DNA from: a virus
Lineage: Duplodnaviria > Caudoviricetes
DNA: 57,086 nt
IMG/VR virus record: IMGVR_UViG_3300034021_000250
Span: 1-57,086 of that record
Direction: 5' to 3' (one strand)
Positions 19,137 to 28,463 of the stretch are shown one piece after another. Position 1 is the stretch's first letter. The number at the start of each line of letters is the position of its first letter. The translations under genes were made by a program, and so were the position numbers. The notes under the pieces are model-generated. The model saw only the letters and a program-made list of their open reading frames with translations. It was not told the DNA's origin and searched no databases.

Positions 19137-19156
19137 CTGTGACACTTTCTGTGACA
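19137..19156 (+). repeat. Putative integrase arm-binding sites, right arm
   Basis: CTGTGACA-CTTT-CTGTGACA. Confidence 0.7.
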
Positions 19157-19159
19157 GTT

Positions 19160-22057
19160 TTATTTTTGCTTAAATTTCCTTACGGCTACAGCCTCATCAA
19201 AATCAATAGTCTCGCCAGATGTAGCAACTACGCCGCTTCCAGACAATTTATGGATATCAAACTCAAGTGCATACACTGGCGGCAGCTGAACTGTAGTGCC
19301 TGTACCTAGACGAACCATCTTACCTGTGACACATATAGGCGCACCTTGTTTCGGGTTCTCCATGATGTAGCCATAAGATTTCAAGTCGTTAGTCATCCAA
19401 CCAACATCAACGTCGCTATCACGGCACCAATCTGCAAGTGCCTTACGTTCAACGATTAGTCTTGGTCTAGCTTTATCGAGTACACGCCTTGCTACCGGTG
19501 GCGCTCTTAGTTCTGCTTGAGGATGTTCTAGTGCGCTACGTGAATCACCAAATGAATCTGTGACAATCGTACGATTGATTAACCAACCTAAGAACGAAGC
19601 TAAGTATTCTGATGCTGAGAATGTTGCTTGTGAACGTTTGTTACGTAACGACATGATATGTTCTTCAGCCCAATCTTGCACGGCTTTCAAATCAAAATCA
19701 TGTAAGCCCATCATCTTGGATAACTTACCAGCGAACATAACGGTACCAACTAGACGACGGTAGTAACGCTCATTCTCTTCGCCGCCTTCAGGTGCATAAC
19801 GCATCACATACTTGTTGCACTTCTCGCCGATCTCATCAGACTTATTGATAAGCGCCGTTAACCAGATACGACCAACTGTACCGTACTGCGTGTTCAATAA
19901 TGTCTCAGCTGCTTCTTGGTCACGTACAAACTTCCAACCTTTATCAGAGTCTGTATTGATGCTGAAACAACGTAACGATGTAGCTTCATGCACTTCACGA
20001 CGAACACCATTAAGCACTTGTTCGAACGGGCTTTGACACGTAATAAAGTTTAGGGAATTCCAATACAGCTTCGATAGCACACTAAGTTCGCCGTTTTGTT
20101 TGAGACGAATCTTATTCTTACCGGCTTGTATTGAGTAGAACAGTGCTGCTAGTTCATGTGGTGGGATACCTGTAATCTCGTCGAATACAAAAGGTAAATT
20201 CTTAACACGTCCTAGTACTTGAATACGTGCGTTTGATGTTGTACCTTCACCGTTAGCTTGCATCTCAAGAGACCCAGCTGGGCCATACATAGAGCATGCT
20301 ACGTTTGCAACCTTAGTCTTACCATTACCACCACGACCTGATAGACCGATCGGAATACCATGCCAACCTTCCAGACCCATGATCTGAATTAGAGGTGATG
20401 CAAAACCGGCTAGGATACAAAACTGCGCAGCTTCAGCGCCTTTATGGTTGTACAGATGATTTACTTGCGCTGTCCATTCAGCTGCAGTGCCGCTGGTATC
20501 GTTGAGACTCTTGCCGTGTGTCTTACCAGTAATACCTTCGATGTCTTTCACAATATCAATATGCAGTTCACTGTTCTTAGTGATAGCAACGTTACCAATA
20601 ACAAATCGAGAGTTACCTTCGTGCCACCCATATGAATCGTAGATTGCTGTCTCAATTTTGTTTGTACGTAAATTTTCTAAATGTGATTTCACATAGTCTT
20701 GTAGCATATCGAGTCCGTACCTACCTATCGTATAAATCTCATGGGCTGCAAACGCTGCGCCAAGTAAGTTCTTCTGAGCAATAAGTGATGTTTCAAATTC
20801 GAACGTACGCCATTCGTTCTGATAGACCTGACGTGATACACGTGCAACCATCACACCTTCCACGTTTCTAATACGCATGGTGATAATGAATAACTGTGTA
20901 GTAAATGGTACGTATTCAACAACGCCGTCTTTATTGACCTTGGCTTGCTTCAAGAAGTAACCATCCCACTCAAACCCTTTAGGGAGTTTGAACGTATCAA
21001 TCACTGCTGTTTCTTCTGTGACACTTTCTGTGACATCTGCAACGACTTCAATTTCTTGTTCCTCATCGTTTACAATCATGCCAAGCTGTATAGGCGACTT
21101 TACTTTTTCCGCGTGTTTACAACCATTGCATTTCTCAGACAGTTCACTGAAGTGCTGACACGTAGCTGGGCCTGAAGTCCAGCCATCAATCTTTTTCTGT
21201 GTAGCATCGTGTGAATATCTTGGGTCGCCTTTACTCCACTCGTGAGCAAGCTCGTCACCTTCAGTACAATTCTTAACCACGCCAAGCATCGCACGCCATA
21301 ATGGTTCTGGTACGTCACCTTTCTTTTCAGCTACCTCTGCCAACGTTGGGCAGAACTTGATTACTTGGTATGCTGATGATGGTGGATACTCAACTGGTGC
21401 GCCTAAATCGTTAGATAATTCAAACAATGAACTAAACTTAGGTTTCTCAGGTGTAGCGAACTTAGCTACGATTGAATCAAATATGGCAACGTTTACTTCT
21501 GGTGCATCACGTAGAACCTTAACAGCTCTCTCACCGTTCTTACGCCATGTAGACCCCACTGGACGCAGTACACTTGATGCATCTTTAGTACGGCTTGGGT
21601 CATGCTTGAAACCAATTTCGTTTAGTGCTGTAGCAAAAGCCGATACGATCGGCTTCCATTGTTCTTTTGTTAAGTCAGTATCTAATACCCAGTAGCAATG
21701 TAATCCCATACCTGATTGAACAAGCATAGGCACTGGTAAACTGTATGTCTTACACATCTCAACAACAGCAGCTGCGGCTTCTTTGATAGTGCCATAGCTC
21801 TTATTCTTGTCAGCTTTACCTACGTCAATATCTAACCAGATGCTACGCATCCAGCCAGCGTTATCAGCCTTACGGCTACCTTTTTCTTTGTACGAGGCAC
21901 AAGCATGGTATGCGTCAAATAACTTACTGTCGTATTGCTTGATGTCTTCTCTAAGCTTTTCTACTGTTTCGTAGAACTTATTGAATGTTTTACCTTCCTT
22001 AATGAAGGTACCCACGTATATACCGCAACGTGGGAGTATTTTGGATAAAAATTCCAT
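19160..22057 (-). CDS. Primase-helicase (RepB/AEP primase, PriCT-like, DUF927 helicase)
   Basis: IWLDID and SGMGLHCYW primase motifs; WRAMLG/EWSKG PriCT-like segment; Walker A GRGGNGKT and Walker B FVFDE. Confidence 0.85.
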   Translation of the reverse strand: MEFLSKILPRCGIYVGTFIKEGKTFNKFYETVEKLREDIKQYDSKLFDAYHACASYKEKGSRKADNAGWMRSIWLDIDVGKADKNKSYGTIKEAAAAVVEMCKTYSLPVPMLVQSGMGLHCYWVLDTDLTKEQWKPIVSAFATALNEIGFKHDPSRTKDASSVLRPVGSTWRKNGERAVKVLRDAPEVNVAIFDSIVAKFATPEKPKFSSLFELSNDLGAPVEYPPSSAYQVIKFCPTLAEVAEKKGDVPEPLWRAMLGVVKNCTEGDELAHEWSKGDPRYSHDATQKKIDGWTSGPATCQHFSELSEKCNGCKHAEKVKSPIQLGMIVNDEEQEIEVVADVTESVTEETAVIDTFKLPKGFEWDGYFLKQAKVNKDGVVEYVPFTTQLFIITMRIRNVEGVMVARVSRQVYQNEWRTFEFETSLIAQKNLLGAAFAAHEIYTIGRYGLDMLQDYVKSHLENLRTNKIETAIYDSYGWHEGNSRFVIGNVAITKNSELHIDIVKDIEGITGKTHGKSLNDTSGTAAEWTAQVNHLYNHKGAEAAQFCILAGFASPLIQIMGLEGWHGIPIGLSGRGGNGKTKVANVACSMYGPAGSLEMQANGEGTTSNARIQVLGRVKNLPFVFDEITGIPPHELAALFYSIQAGKNKIRLKQNGELSVLSKLYWNSLNFITCQSPFEQVLNGVRREVHEATSLRCFSINTDSDKGWKFVRDQEAAETLLNTQYGTVGRIWLTALINKSDEIGEKCNKYVMRYAPEGGEENERYYRRLVGTVMFAGKLSKMMGLHDFDLKAVQDWAEEHIMSLRNKRSQATFSASEYLASFLGWLINRTIVTDSFGDSRSALEHPQAELRAPPVARRVLDKARPRLIVERKALADWCRDSDVDVGWMTNDLKSYGYIMENPKQGAPICVTGKMVRLGTGTTVQLPPVYALEFDIHKLSGSGVVATSGETIDFDEAVAVRKFKQK

Positions 22058-22078
22058 GCTCTAAATCCCCCCGGTGAG

Positions 22079-22113
22079 CGAACTAGTTTATATGTAAACA
22101 ACTACACAATCAA
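22079..22113 (-). promoter_or_regulatory. Primase promoter with operator-like site
   Basis: Minus strand TTGATT-17bp-TAAACT; AGTTTATATGTAAACA at 22085-22100. Confidence 0.5.
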
Positions 22114-22367
22114 AGACATTCTTTAATTACTGCAGAAAGTTCAGTCGCACGATCTCCACTACGAGCTGAAACATCTAATGGTAACTTCTTCTTTGAAAGT
22201 GCTGTTCGCACAGCGGTTGAGATTAACTTAACACGTTTCTGAATCAACGAATGAATGGTAGTGCCATTGTGCCAGTTATGCACTGTAGTACGGCTAACAC
22301 CAAACAAACGGGATATATCGGACTTACTCAGGCCGGCGTCGTTATATAGTTCAACGTCAAATTGCAT
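22110..22367 (-). CDS. Small HTH DNA-binding protein (Cro/XRE-like)
   Basis: GLSKSDISRLFGVSRTTVHNWHNG helix-turn-helix. Confidence 0.8.
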   Translation of the reverse strand: MQFDVELYNDAGLSKSDISRLFGVSRTTVHNWHNGTTIHSLIQKRVKLISTAVRTALSKKKLPLDVSARSGDRATELSAVIKECL

Positions 22368-22437
22368 AAATATTCCTTTTGTTGTTAGTACCGGTTACGG
22401 TTCCGGTGTTGCATAAGCAACCGGTTGCGGGGGGGTT

Positions 22438-22716
22438 TTATACTTCTATCGCTGACGCACTCATACCTTTTGATACGTACGCCGCTTTTACGGTTGACTC
22501 GATGTGTTGGCATGCAATCTTAATTAACTCCTGATGCCCAAGAGATGTTACGTCTTGGGCTGCGATTGCACGACCTACTACTTCAGCAAAACCGATAATA
22601 GCTTCGAGTGGATGTAGCTCACGAACATTACTTGCTGTTGCATGAGTAGCGACTTGAACTACAGCTTTAACTCGATTCCTATTGATTTCGATTTTGTTAC
22701 GCATCGTCATCACCAA
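22438..22716 (-). CDS. Hypothetical protein
   Basis: ORF in the replication operon overlapping the ssb end. Confidence 0.6.
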   Translation of the reverse strand: MVMTMRNKIEINRNRVKAVVQVATHATASNVRELHPLEAIIGFAEVVGRAIAAQDVTSLGHQELIKIACQHIESTVKAAYVSKGMSASAIEV

Positions 22717-23680
22717 GCATGTTGTCTAACTCAGCTAACATACCATCGTAGCTATCTACTTCAACTACTGGTGCAGCTTTCTTAGCAACTGGTGCCGGTG
22801 CAGCTTCTACTGGTTCAGCTTCTTCTACAGCAACTTTAGATGTCGATGTTGCCTTAGCTAATACTGCATCAAGCGCTGACTTAGGTTTTGCCGCCGCCGC
22901 TGGTTTAGGTGCTGGTGCTTCTGCCTTTGGAGCAGGTGCTTCATACTCGTCAGCTGGTAATGCTGCAAACGAATTAGATTGACCAAGACCAGTGATGTTA
23001 GCCACTACTTCAGCTTCCATTGTCTGAGCTACCACTGCTGCTGTTGCATCATCAATAAAACCAACTGGTTTGAACGTCAATGCTGGGTGAGCTACTGAAT
23101 AATCAAAACCAATCTTTGTAACTACGGCTTGGTATGGAACACCACGTTTAACTAATGACTCGTTGTACTCACGTAATGTCTTCAATGAAGCTGCTGGAAC
23201 ACGCAACAACATCGGGTCATTCACTTGGCTTACTGGAGCAATAGCGATACGGCGTGAATCTGAACATGCCTTACCTTTACCACCGTTCTCAGTGATACGT
23301 GAACCGAACTGGTTGTGTACGCAAGCTGCGCACTTCTTAGCCTGTGGTTCTTGTGCATCTGCTGCTGGTGAAATACCGTCGTTAGAGTAGCAACTTGGTC
23401 GTGCTTCAGAACCTTCAGTGTAGCCACCTGTATAGAAAACCTTAGAAAGGTTTGGATTGGCTTTAACGATTACAACTTCAATAGATGCTGCTGGTTCGTC
23501 TTCACCCGGTTTTGTTACCAATGTCTTTTCATCACCACGTGTGATGTGGAACACCTTACCTTTAATTGAGATATGCGGAAAACCACCAGAACTCAAACCA
23601 GACGATAGGTCGTTAGTAATTTGGAACGCGCCAGCAATATGTGCTGGTAATTTTGCTGAATCAAATGGGATCATTTGCAT
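22697..23680 (-). CDS. Single-stranded DNA-binding protein-like
   Basis: Cys cluster (CYS, CAAC, KAC), LRVPAASL, Pro/Ala linker and acidic C-terminal tail. Confidence 0.65.
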   Translation of the reverse strand: MQMIPFDSAKLPAHIAGAFQITNDLSSGLSSGGFPHISIKGKVFHITRGDEKTLVTKPGEDEPAASIEVVIVKANPNLSKVFYTGGYTEGSEARPSCYSNDGISPAADAQEPQAKKCAACVHNQFGSRITENGGKGKACSDSRRIAIAPVSQVNDPMLLRVPAASLKTLREYNESLVKRGVPYQAVVTKIGFDYSVAHPALTFKPVGFIDDATAAVVAQTMEAEVVANITGLGQSNSFAALPADEYEAPAPKAEAPAPKPAAAAKPKSALDAVLAKATSTSKVAVEEAEPVEAAPAPVAKKAAPVVEVDSYDGMLAELDNMLGDDDA

Positions 23681-23695
23681 TTTATTTTCCTTAAA

Positions 23696-24079
23696 TTAAG
23701 AACGTCTAATGTTAACTAGACGTGTTTCAACGTAATTCACACCCGGTGGTATATCACCGTTTTCTTCCTTGTACTGCTCAACCGCTGTCTTGCTGGCACG
23801 TCGTTCTAAAAACTCCCAAGACTTATTAGGAATAACGAACTCGCTTAGGAATAAATCCCAATCAGCAATAGGCACTGAAACACGTGTCGTTGTATACGCT
23901 GTACCGTTTGGTGTCTTTACGCTGCTTACACCAGTTTCTTCAAACTGTTTTAGTAGAATCGCTTCTACCTTATCAAGCATGTTGTCGATGTCTGCTACCT
24001 TTGCATCATACTCAGCTTTGAATACCGCCTTCTTGTCACGAAGCTTAATGTACTTCGCAACAATCTCATCAAGTTTCAT
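23696..24079 (-). CDS. Conserved phage replication-region protein
   Basis: Start MKLDEIV behind SD AAGGAG; coiled coil then SVKTPNGT...DWD...IPPGV. Confidence 0.65.
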   Translation of the reverse strand: MKLDEIVAKYIKLRDKKAVFKAEYDAKVADIDNMLDKVEAILLKQFEETGVSSVKTPNGTAYTTTRVSVPIADWDLFLSEFVIPNKSWEFLERRASKTAVEQYKEENGDIPPGVNYVETRLVNIRRS

Positions 24080-24269
24080 TATGTGTATCACTCCTTTGTT
24101 GTAAATGTGTAAACAACCATTTATCAATTTCTTCTTCTAACCATGCCGTATATCTACTGGATAACTTCAGCGGCTTTGGAAATGTTTTATCGTTCTTAGC
24201 TAGTCTAAACACGCTAACCTTATGCATGTCTAGCTTTTCAGCTACAGAAGCTGCTCTAAGAAGTTTCAT
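24069..24269 (-). CDS. AlpA-family excisionase/regulator
   Basis: LLRAASVAEKL...FPKPLKLSSRYTAWLEEEIDKW. Confidence 0.85.
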   Translation of the reverse strand: MKLLRAASVAEKLDMHKVSVFRLAKNDKTFPKPLKLSSRYTAWLEEEIDKWLFTHLQQRSDTHNET

Positions 24270-24275
24270 GCTTTA

Positions 24276-24304
24276 ATACTATCAAGATGTTTACATGTTG
24301 TCAA
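24276..24304 (-). promoter_or_regulatory. Sigma70 promoter with operator; leaderless AlpA mRNA
   Basis: Minus strand TTGACA-17bp-TAGTAT-6nt-ATG; TGTTTACATGTTGTCA at 24288-24303. Confidence 0.7.
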
Positions 24305-25866
24305 ATTACGTTCTCCTCTTGTACTAGGTCTAGCAACGATCCCTGAAGCTTTTGCTTGTTCTTCAGGCGCTCATAAATCCTACGTTCTACTGGTGTGCCT
24401 TCAAGCATTACGATGAACTGGTTGTTCTTCTGACCCGGTCTTGTGATACGTCCGTTAGCTTGCTCAAACGTTTCATTTGATGTCACCGGTGCAAACCATA
24501 TAATCGTGTTTGCTGAAGTCAACGTCAGGCCATGTGACATAGCAGCTGGCTGCGCTACTAGTACACGCATATCATCTTGTGTCATAAACGACCTGAACGT
24601 TTCATCACGTACGTTCTTACTAACCCCGCCATGGATAACACCTACTCGGTGTCCCTGTGCTTCAAGGTTATTTACTACTAAAGTAACTGAAGACCTAAAC
24701 GGTACAAATATAATTACCTTCGCTTCGCTGGCTTCAATGACTTCATTCATTACCTCAAGGCGATGTTCAGCCCCGATACAAACTTCTTCACCTTGTGTGT
24801 CATAAGCAACGCCACATGCAATCTGCACTAACTTAGAAAGCTTTACTGCTTCGTTTACAGCTAGTACCTGACCACCAGCAATCTCTGTCTTAAGCGACTT
24901 AAGCATCTCTGCATATGCTACTTTTTGTTTGTCTGATAACTGAACTTCACGTGTCTCAAACATACAAGGCGGTAGGTCAATACATTCGTCACGAGTAAAC
25001 CTAATTGCTGGCTGCATAACACGTTGTACTGTGTCTACTGCATTCGGTCTTGCTATCCATGTAAACGGCCCAGCTTGTCGCATCACCATATCTTTGAACT
25101 TGTTAAAGTACGGCGGCACGTTGTCTGGAGCTAATAGTTTGCACTGCGCCCATGCATCTGTAGGCGCGTTTGGAGTAGGTGTACCAGTTAACCCCCAAGC
25201 GATACGTGAAATCTTCTTATCGTTTACAACCGAGTTAAGCGTCTTCCATCTAGTAGTACTAGCATTACGTCCACACTGCGCAATCTCATCAACAATAACA
25301 ATGTCAATGTCGTCACGCTTTGCTAGCTCATCTTTAATAACGCCCAGACCATCGTGATTGATGATGTACACGTCATGTGGGATAGCTAACAACTTCTTAC
25401 GTTTTTTTGCATCACCGTGTAATACAGCGTAGGTTAGATGCGTAAAGTTCCTGAATACTTCGTCTGCCCAAGTACGTTCAAGTGTTGATAACGGCGATAC
25501 AACTAACAGTTTATTTACTTTGCCGCGTTCTCTTAGGTAGTCATACGCCCAAAGCGTAGCTAACGTTTTACCTGTTCCAAGTGAGTTAAGAACAAAAGCT
25601 CTGCGATGCATAGTAAGAAACGATGATGTCTCACGCTGTGCCATGAAAGGCTTGTTTCTACCCGGATAAGCGTAGTAATAAGCGATCGGTGATGGTGCTT
25701 GTACACCAAGGTTACGTAACACTTTTACTTCGTCTAACCGATGCGGTACGGCAATTAAGTCCGTACCTTTCATACGCATGTGCTTTGCTGTAGGCATAAC
25801 TGTCGTGTACTTCTCAGGCGATTTAGTCTTAATAACTAATGCCTTCCTATCTTTAACGACAATCAT
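24301..25866 (-). CDS. SNF2-family helicase
   Basis: LGTGKT, IVDE, LTGTP, HGLTL, QANGRITRPGQ motifs. Confidence 0.92.
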   Translation of the reverse strand: MIVVKDRKALVIKTKSPEKYTTVMPTAKHMRMKGTDLIAVPHRLDEVKVLRNLGVQAPSPIAYYYAYPGRNKPFMAQRETSSFLTMHRRAFVLNSLGTGKTLATLWAYDYLRERGKVNKLLVVSPLSTLERTWADEVFRNFTHLTYAVLHGDAKKRKKLLAIPHDVYIINHDGLGVIKDELAKRDDIDIVIVDEIAQCGRNASTTRWKTLNSVVNDKKISRIAWGLTGTPTPNAPTDAWAQCKLLAPDNVPPYFNKFKDMVMRQAGPFTWIARPNAVDTVQRVMQPAIRFTRDECIDLPPCMFETREVQLSDKQKVAYAEMLKSLKTEIAGGQVLAVNEAVKLSKLVQIACGVAYDTQGEEVCIGAEHRLEVMNEVIEASEAKVIIFVPFRSSVTLVVNNLEAQGHRVGVIHGGVSKNVRDETFRSFMTQDDMRVLVAQPAAMSHGLTLTSANTIIWFAPVTSNETFEQANGRITRPGQKNNQFIVMLEGTPVERRIYERLKNKQKLQGSLLDLVQEENVI

Positions 25867-26165
25867 TACTTACCTTTCTTCTCCCGTTTGGAGGTCTGTG
25901 ATTTCAAGCTACCATCAGAGTTACGTGCAAAACTTCTGTTAGCTGCCGGCGTTACTTCACGCGCATTAGATAACGCGTTCTTACCTCCTTTTGATAGTGG
26001 GTCGATATGGTCTAAATCCATACCATCATTGACAGATGCCTTACCAGATTTAACAGCTTCACGTCGTAACTTGTGACGCTCTGCATCACCTTTATTCTCG
26101 CCGCGGTTAGCTGCAGTTTTGGCCTCTTGTTTGTAATCACGTTTATAGTTTTTGCTGCTTGGCAT
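25866..26165 (-). CDS. HNH endonuclease-like protein
   Basis: DLDHIDPLSKGGKNALSN...ANRS. Confidence 0.75.
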   Translation of the reverse strand: MPSSKNYKRDYKQEAKTAANRGENKGDAERHKLRREAVKSGKASVNDGMDLDHIDPLSKGGKNALSNAREVTPAANRSFARNSDGSLKSQTSKREKKGK

Positions 26166-26175
26166 AAGCGTCTCC

Positions 26176-26406
26176 TTAAAGTTTCATAGCCATTCTATGT
26201 ATGTAACGGTTGAACCAGCGACGTATTGTGTAACTCCGTGCTACCGATATAACCGTGAAAATTAATCCCATGTTGAAGGCTTGTATGCCTGTTACATGAA
26301 ACCCAAACAAGGGCAGTATCAAAAGATTAGCTACCCAATTAATTGCGAACCCAATTGCTACGTTTACTAGTGCTTCTACAAAACTACCTACCCTACTTTG
26401 AGTCAT
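26176..26406 (-). CDS. Small two-TM membrane protein
   Basis: Two hydrophobic helices; QSRVGSFVEA...RSYTIRRWFN. Confidence 0.7.
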   Translation of the reverse strand: MTQSRVGSFVEALVNVAIGFAINWVANLLILPLFGFHVTGIQAFNMGLIFTVISVARSYTIRRWFNRYIHRMAMKL

Positions 26407-26558
26407 TGATGCTCTCCCAAAATGCCACCGCCCATAGGTACACTAAACATACTGGCGCCCATATAGGTGATAGAAGTATCAACACAACTAACTTGGTTCT
26501 CATACTCAATTAGGTAAGCTCCATAAATTTATCGGTGGTAGCACCAAATCGTGCCACG

Positions 26559-26993
26559 TTACTTTTTTATGGTTAACCACTCAGTAGGACGGTCATCACC
26601 TTCTGGGTACGTCGTGCTGTAAAGTGTCAACATACGTAAATTACACATAGCATGTGCTAAGTGAGGTAGCCCACTCTCAGGGTCATTCTCTTCACCGCGC
26701 TGCCAAGCAGCCATATGTCGCATAGCACAAGCAAAAGGCACAGACCAATCCATACCCTTAGCCCAGTTCCATGCTGCGTACTTTCTCTTACCGTATTCCC
26801 ACACCCTAGCTTCATCAGCTAACGTACACATTGGGATTAACGACATGTCAGGCTTGCCACCGTTATAGCGTGCGCCACTACCTTTTTCTGTGCTGTTTAC
26901 ATCACCTACTGAATACATCGTGTTAGCCATTGGGTCGTACATTTCTGCGGATTTCTTACCTGTTTTATCTAGCAATGCGTCCAAAGCGTCCAT
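26559..26993 (-). CDS. dATP/dGTP diphosphohydrolase (DUF5664-like)
   Basis: RYNGGKPDMSLIP...GKRKYAAWNWAKG...RH...DPESGLPHLAHA. Confidence 0.85.
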   Translation of the reverse strand: MDALDALLDKTGKKSAEMYDPMANTMYSVGDVNSTEKGSGARYNGGKPDMSLIPMCTLADEARVWEYGKRKYAAWNWAKGMDWSVPFACAMRHMAAWQRGEENDPESGLPHLAHAMCNLRMLTLYSTTYPEGDDRPTEWLTIKK

Positions 26994-27739
26994 TATTCCT
27001 CCCCGTACATTTTGGGGTTGAACGGGCATCTAGGTTTAGACTCTTTTGCCTTAAGCTTTTTAGTACGTTCTTTATACATGTTGGTAAACGAAAACTGAGA
27101 TGGCTGTATCTTAGCTAACTCCTCAGCACTTATTAGGTGGTGTCTGAGTTCAACTTCTTTTTCAGTAATAGGTACGATATGTGCTAATGGCTGTCCATGA
27201 GGCACCAAGAAAGTCGCATCGTCTCTAAGTGAAATAAGTGCGTTCACGTTTGTAGAATGTTGGTACTTATAGTTAACTGTACCGTTCAAGAATGTCAGTG
27301 GTGTACCCATTGGATAGTTCCATGTGGGTGATAAGAACATAAACTTAATGTCTGATTTAGTCTTTAACCACCACGGTGAATTTAGTTTGATATGTCCGAA
27401 CTGGGTTGGGTCTGCATAGGTTTCCCATTGCTGCTTACCATGCACCTCAATCTCACTTACTCTATCGCTGAACTGCCACTGGTAAGAACCTTCTTTAACC
27501 TCAATAGCTAGGTCACTCCAGTTTGGTAGGATGAACCCTTGCTTATATAGCTCAATGAAGCCTGAGCATTGCTTAATCGTTGACGCCTTATAGAACTTCT
27601 CATCGTAGCGACTTGGTGTTTCCTTCCACCAACGTGGTAAGAACTCGATAGCTTTCTCAATCTTAAAGAATTCGTGGGCAGAATTGTTTACCGTCATACA
27701 ATCTACAACTATCTTCGGTTTCTTAAATAAAAATATCAT
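26993..27739 (-). CDS. Hypothetical protein, possibly dUTPase-like beta-clip fold
   Basis: TIKQCSG...GFILP...KLNSPW...GQPLAHIVP; SD GGAGG. Confidence 0.5.
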   Translation of the reverse strand: MIFLFKKPKIVVDCMTVNNSAHEFFKIEKAIEFLPRWWKETPSRYDEKFYKASTIKQCSGFIELYKQGFILPNWSDLAIEVKEGSYQWQFSDRVSEIEVHGKQQWETYADPTQFGHIKLNSPWWLKTKSDIKFMFLSPTWNYPMGTPLTFLNGTVNYKYQHSTNVNALISLRDDATFLVPHGQPLAHIVPITEKEVELRHHLISAEELAKIQPSQFSFTNMYKERTKKLKAKESKPRCPFNPKMYGEE

Positions 27740-27772
27740 TGCTGTGCCTCCAAGCCACTTCCATTAACATGT

Positions 27773-28078
27773 TTACGCATTAACAAGTACCTCCCATAGT
27801 TCTTCTAACTGTTTAACATCATCCACCACAATAGCTATACCCCTTGCAGTCTGAATCTCGTGGATTCTAGCTTGCTGATTAGGTGTAAGGTTACTACGCT
27901 TACCGGGGGCTTTCGTTTCTATTGCTAGGAACTTCCCTGACGGTGGAACGCAGCATAAGAAGTCTGGCGTACCAACAACTCCCATGCCGTTCTGTACTGG
28001 GCAGAACCAGTAAATCCCTTTGGATTTTAGCCAATTCTTTACCTTTGCCTTTACTTTTGCTTCTGGTGTCGCAGCCAA
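27773..28078 (-). CDS. VRR-NUC nuclease (probable resolvase)
   Basis: TPEAKVK...GTPDFLC...AIETKAP...TPNQ; TTG start after AAGGAGG. Confidence 0.88.
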   Translation of the reverse strand: MAATPEAKVKAKVKNWLKSKGIYWFCPVQNGMGVVGTPDFLCCVPPSGKFLAIETKAPGKRSNLTPNQQARIHEIQTARGIAIVVDDVKQLEELWEVLVNA

Positions 28079-28092
28079 TTAATCCTCCTTGC

Positions 28093-28254
28093 TCACAGGG
28101 ACGCTTGCCACGTGTCGAACTGATCCATCAACTGTTCCATTCGCAATGCTAGTTCAAGCTCTAAATCGTTCGTATCAACTCTATTAAAAACTATTCGAAT
28201 TAGTTCTTCGTTGGTGTAGTTTATGTAGTTAGTCACTACTTGCGGAGTAGGCAT
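28093..28254 (-). CDS. Small hypothetical protein (53 aa, not in the ORF track)
   Basis: MPTPQVVTNY...DTWQASL fills the gap; TAATG coupling. Confidence 0.55.
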   Translation of the reverse strand: MPTPQVVTNYINYTNEELIRIVFNRVDTNDLELELALRMEQLMDQFDTWQASL

Positions 28255-28463
28255 TACTTGGTATCCTTTTTAAGTTTGTAGCCAGAGGCAATTGCCTTCT
28301 CTAGGCTGGTTTCGAAGTCACAGAGGTCTCCCCGCAGCTTCACTGATTGAGTTGCTTTGTTAAACTTCAACACTTTGAACTCTTTGTAAGTAAGTATATT
28401 TCCAGCTTCATCAGCTGTTGTTTTGGACAGTGTATATCTAGCTCTTGCCACTTCTTCTCCCAT
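28254..28463 (-). CDS. Hypothetical protein
   Basis: Likely start at MGEEV within track ORF 28254-28667. Confidence 0.5.
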   Translation of the reverse strand: MGEEVARARYTLSKTTADEAGNILTYKEFKVLKFNKATQSVKLRGDLCDFETSLEKAIASGYKLKKDTK

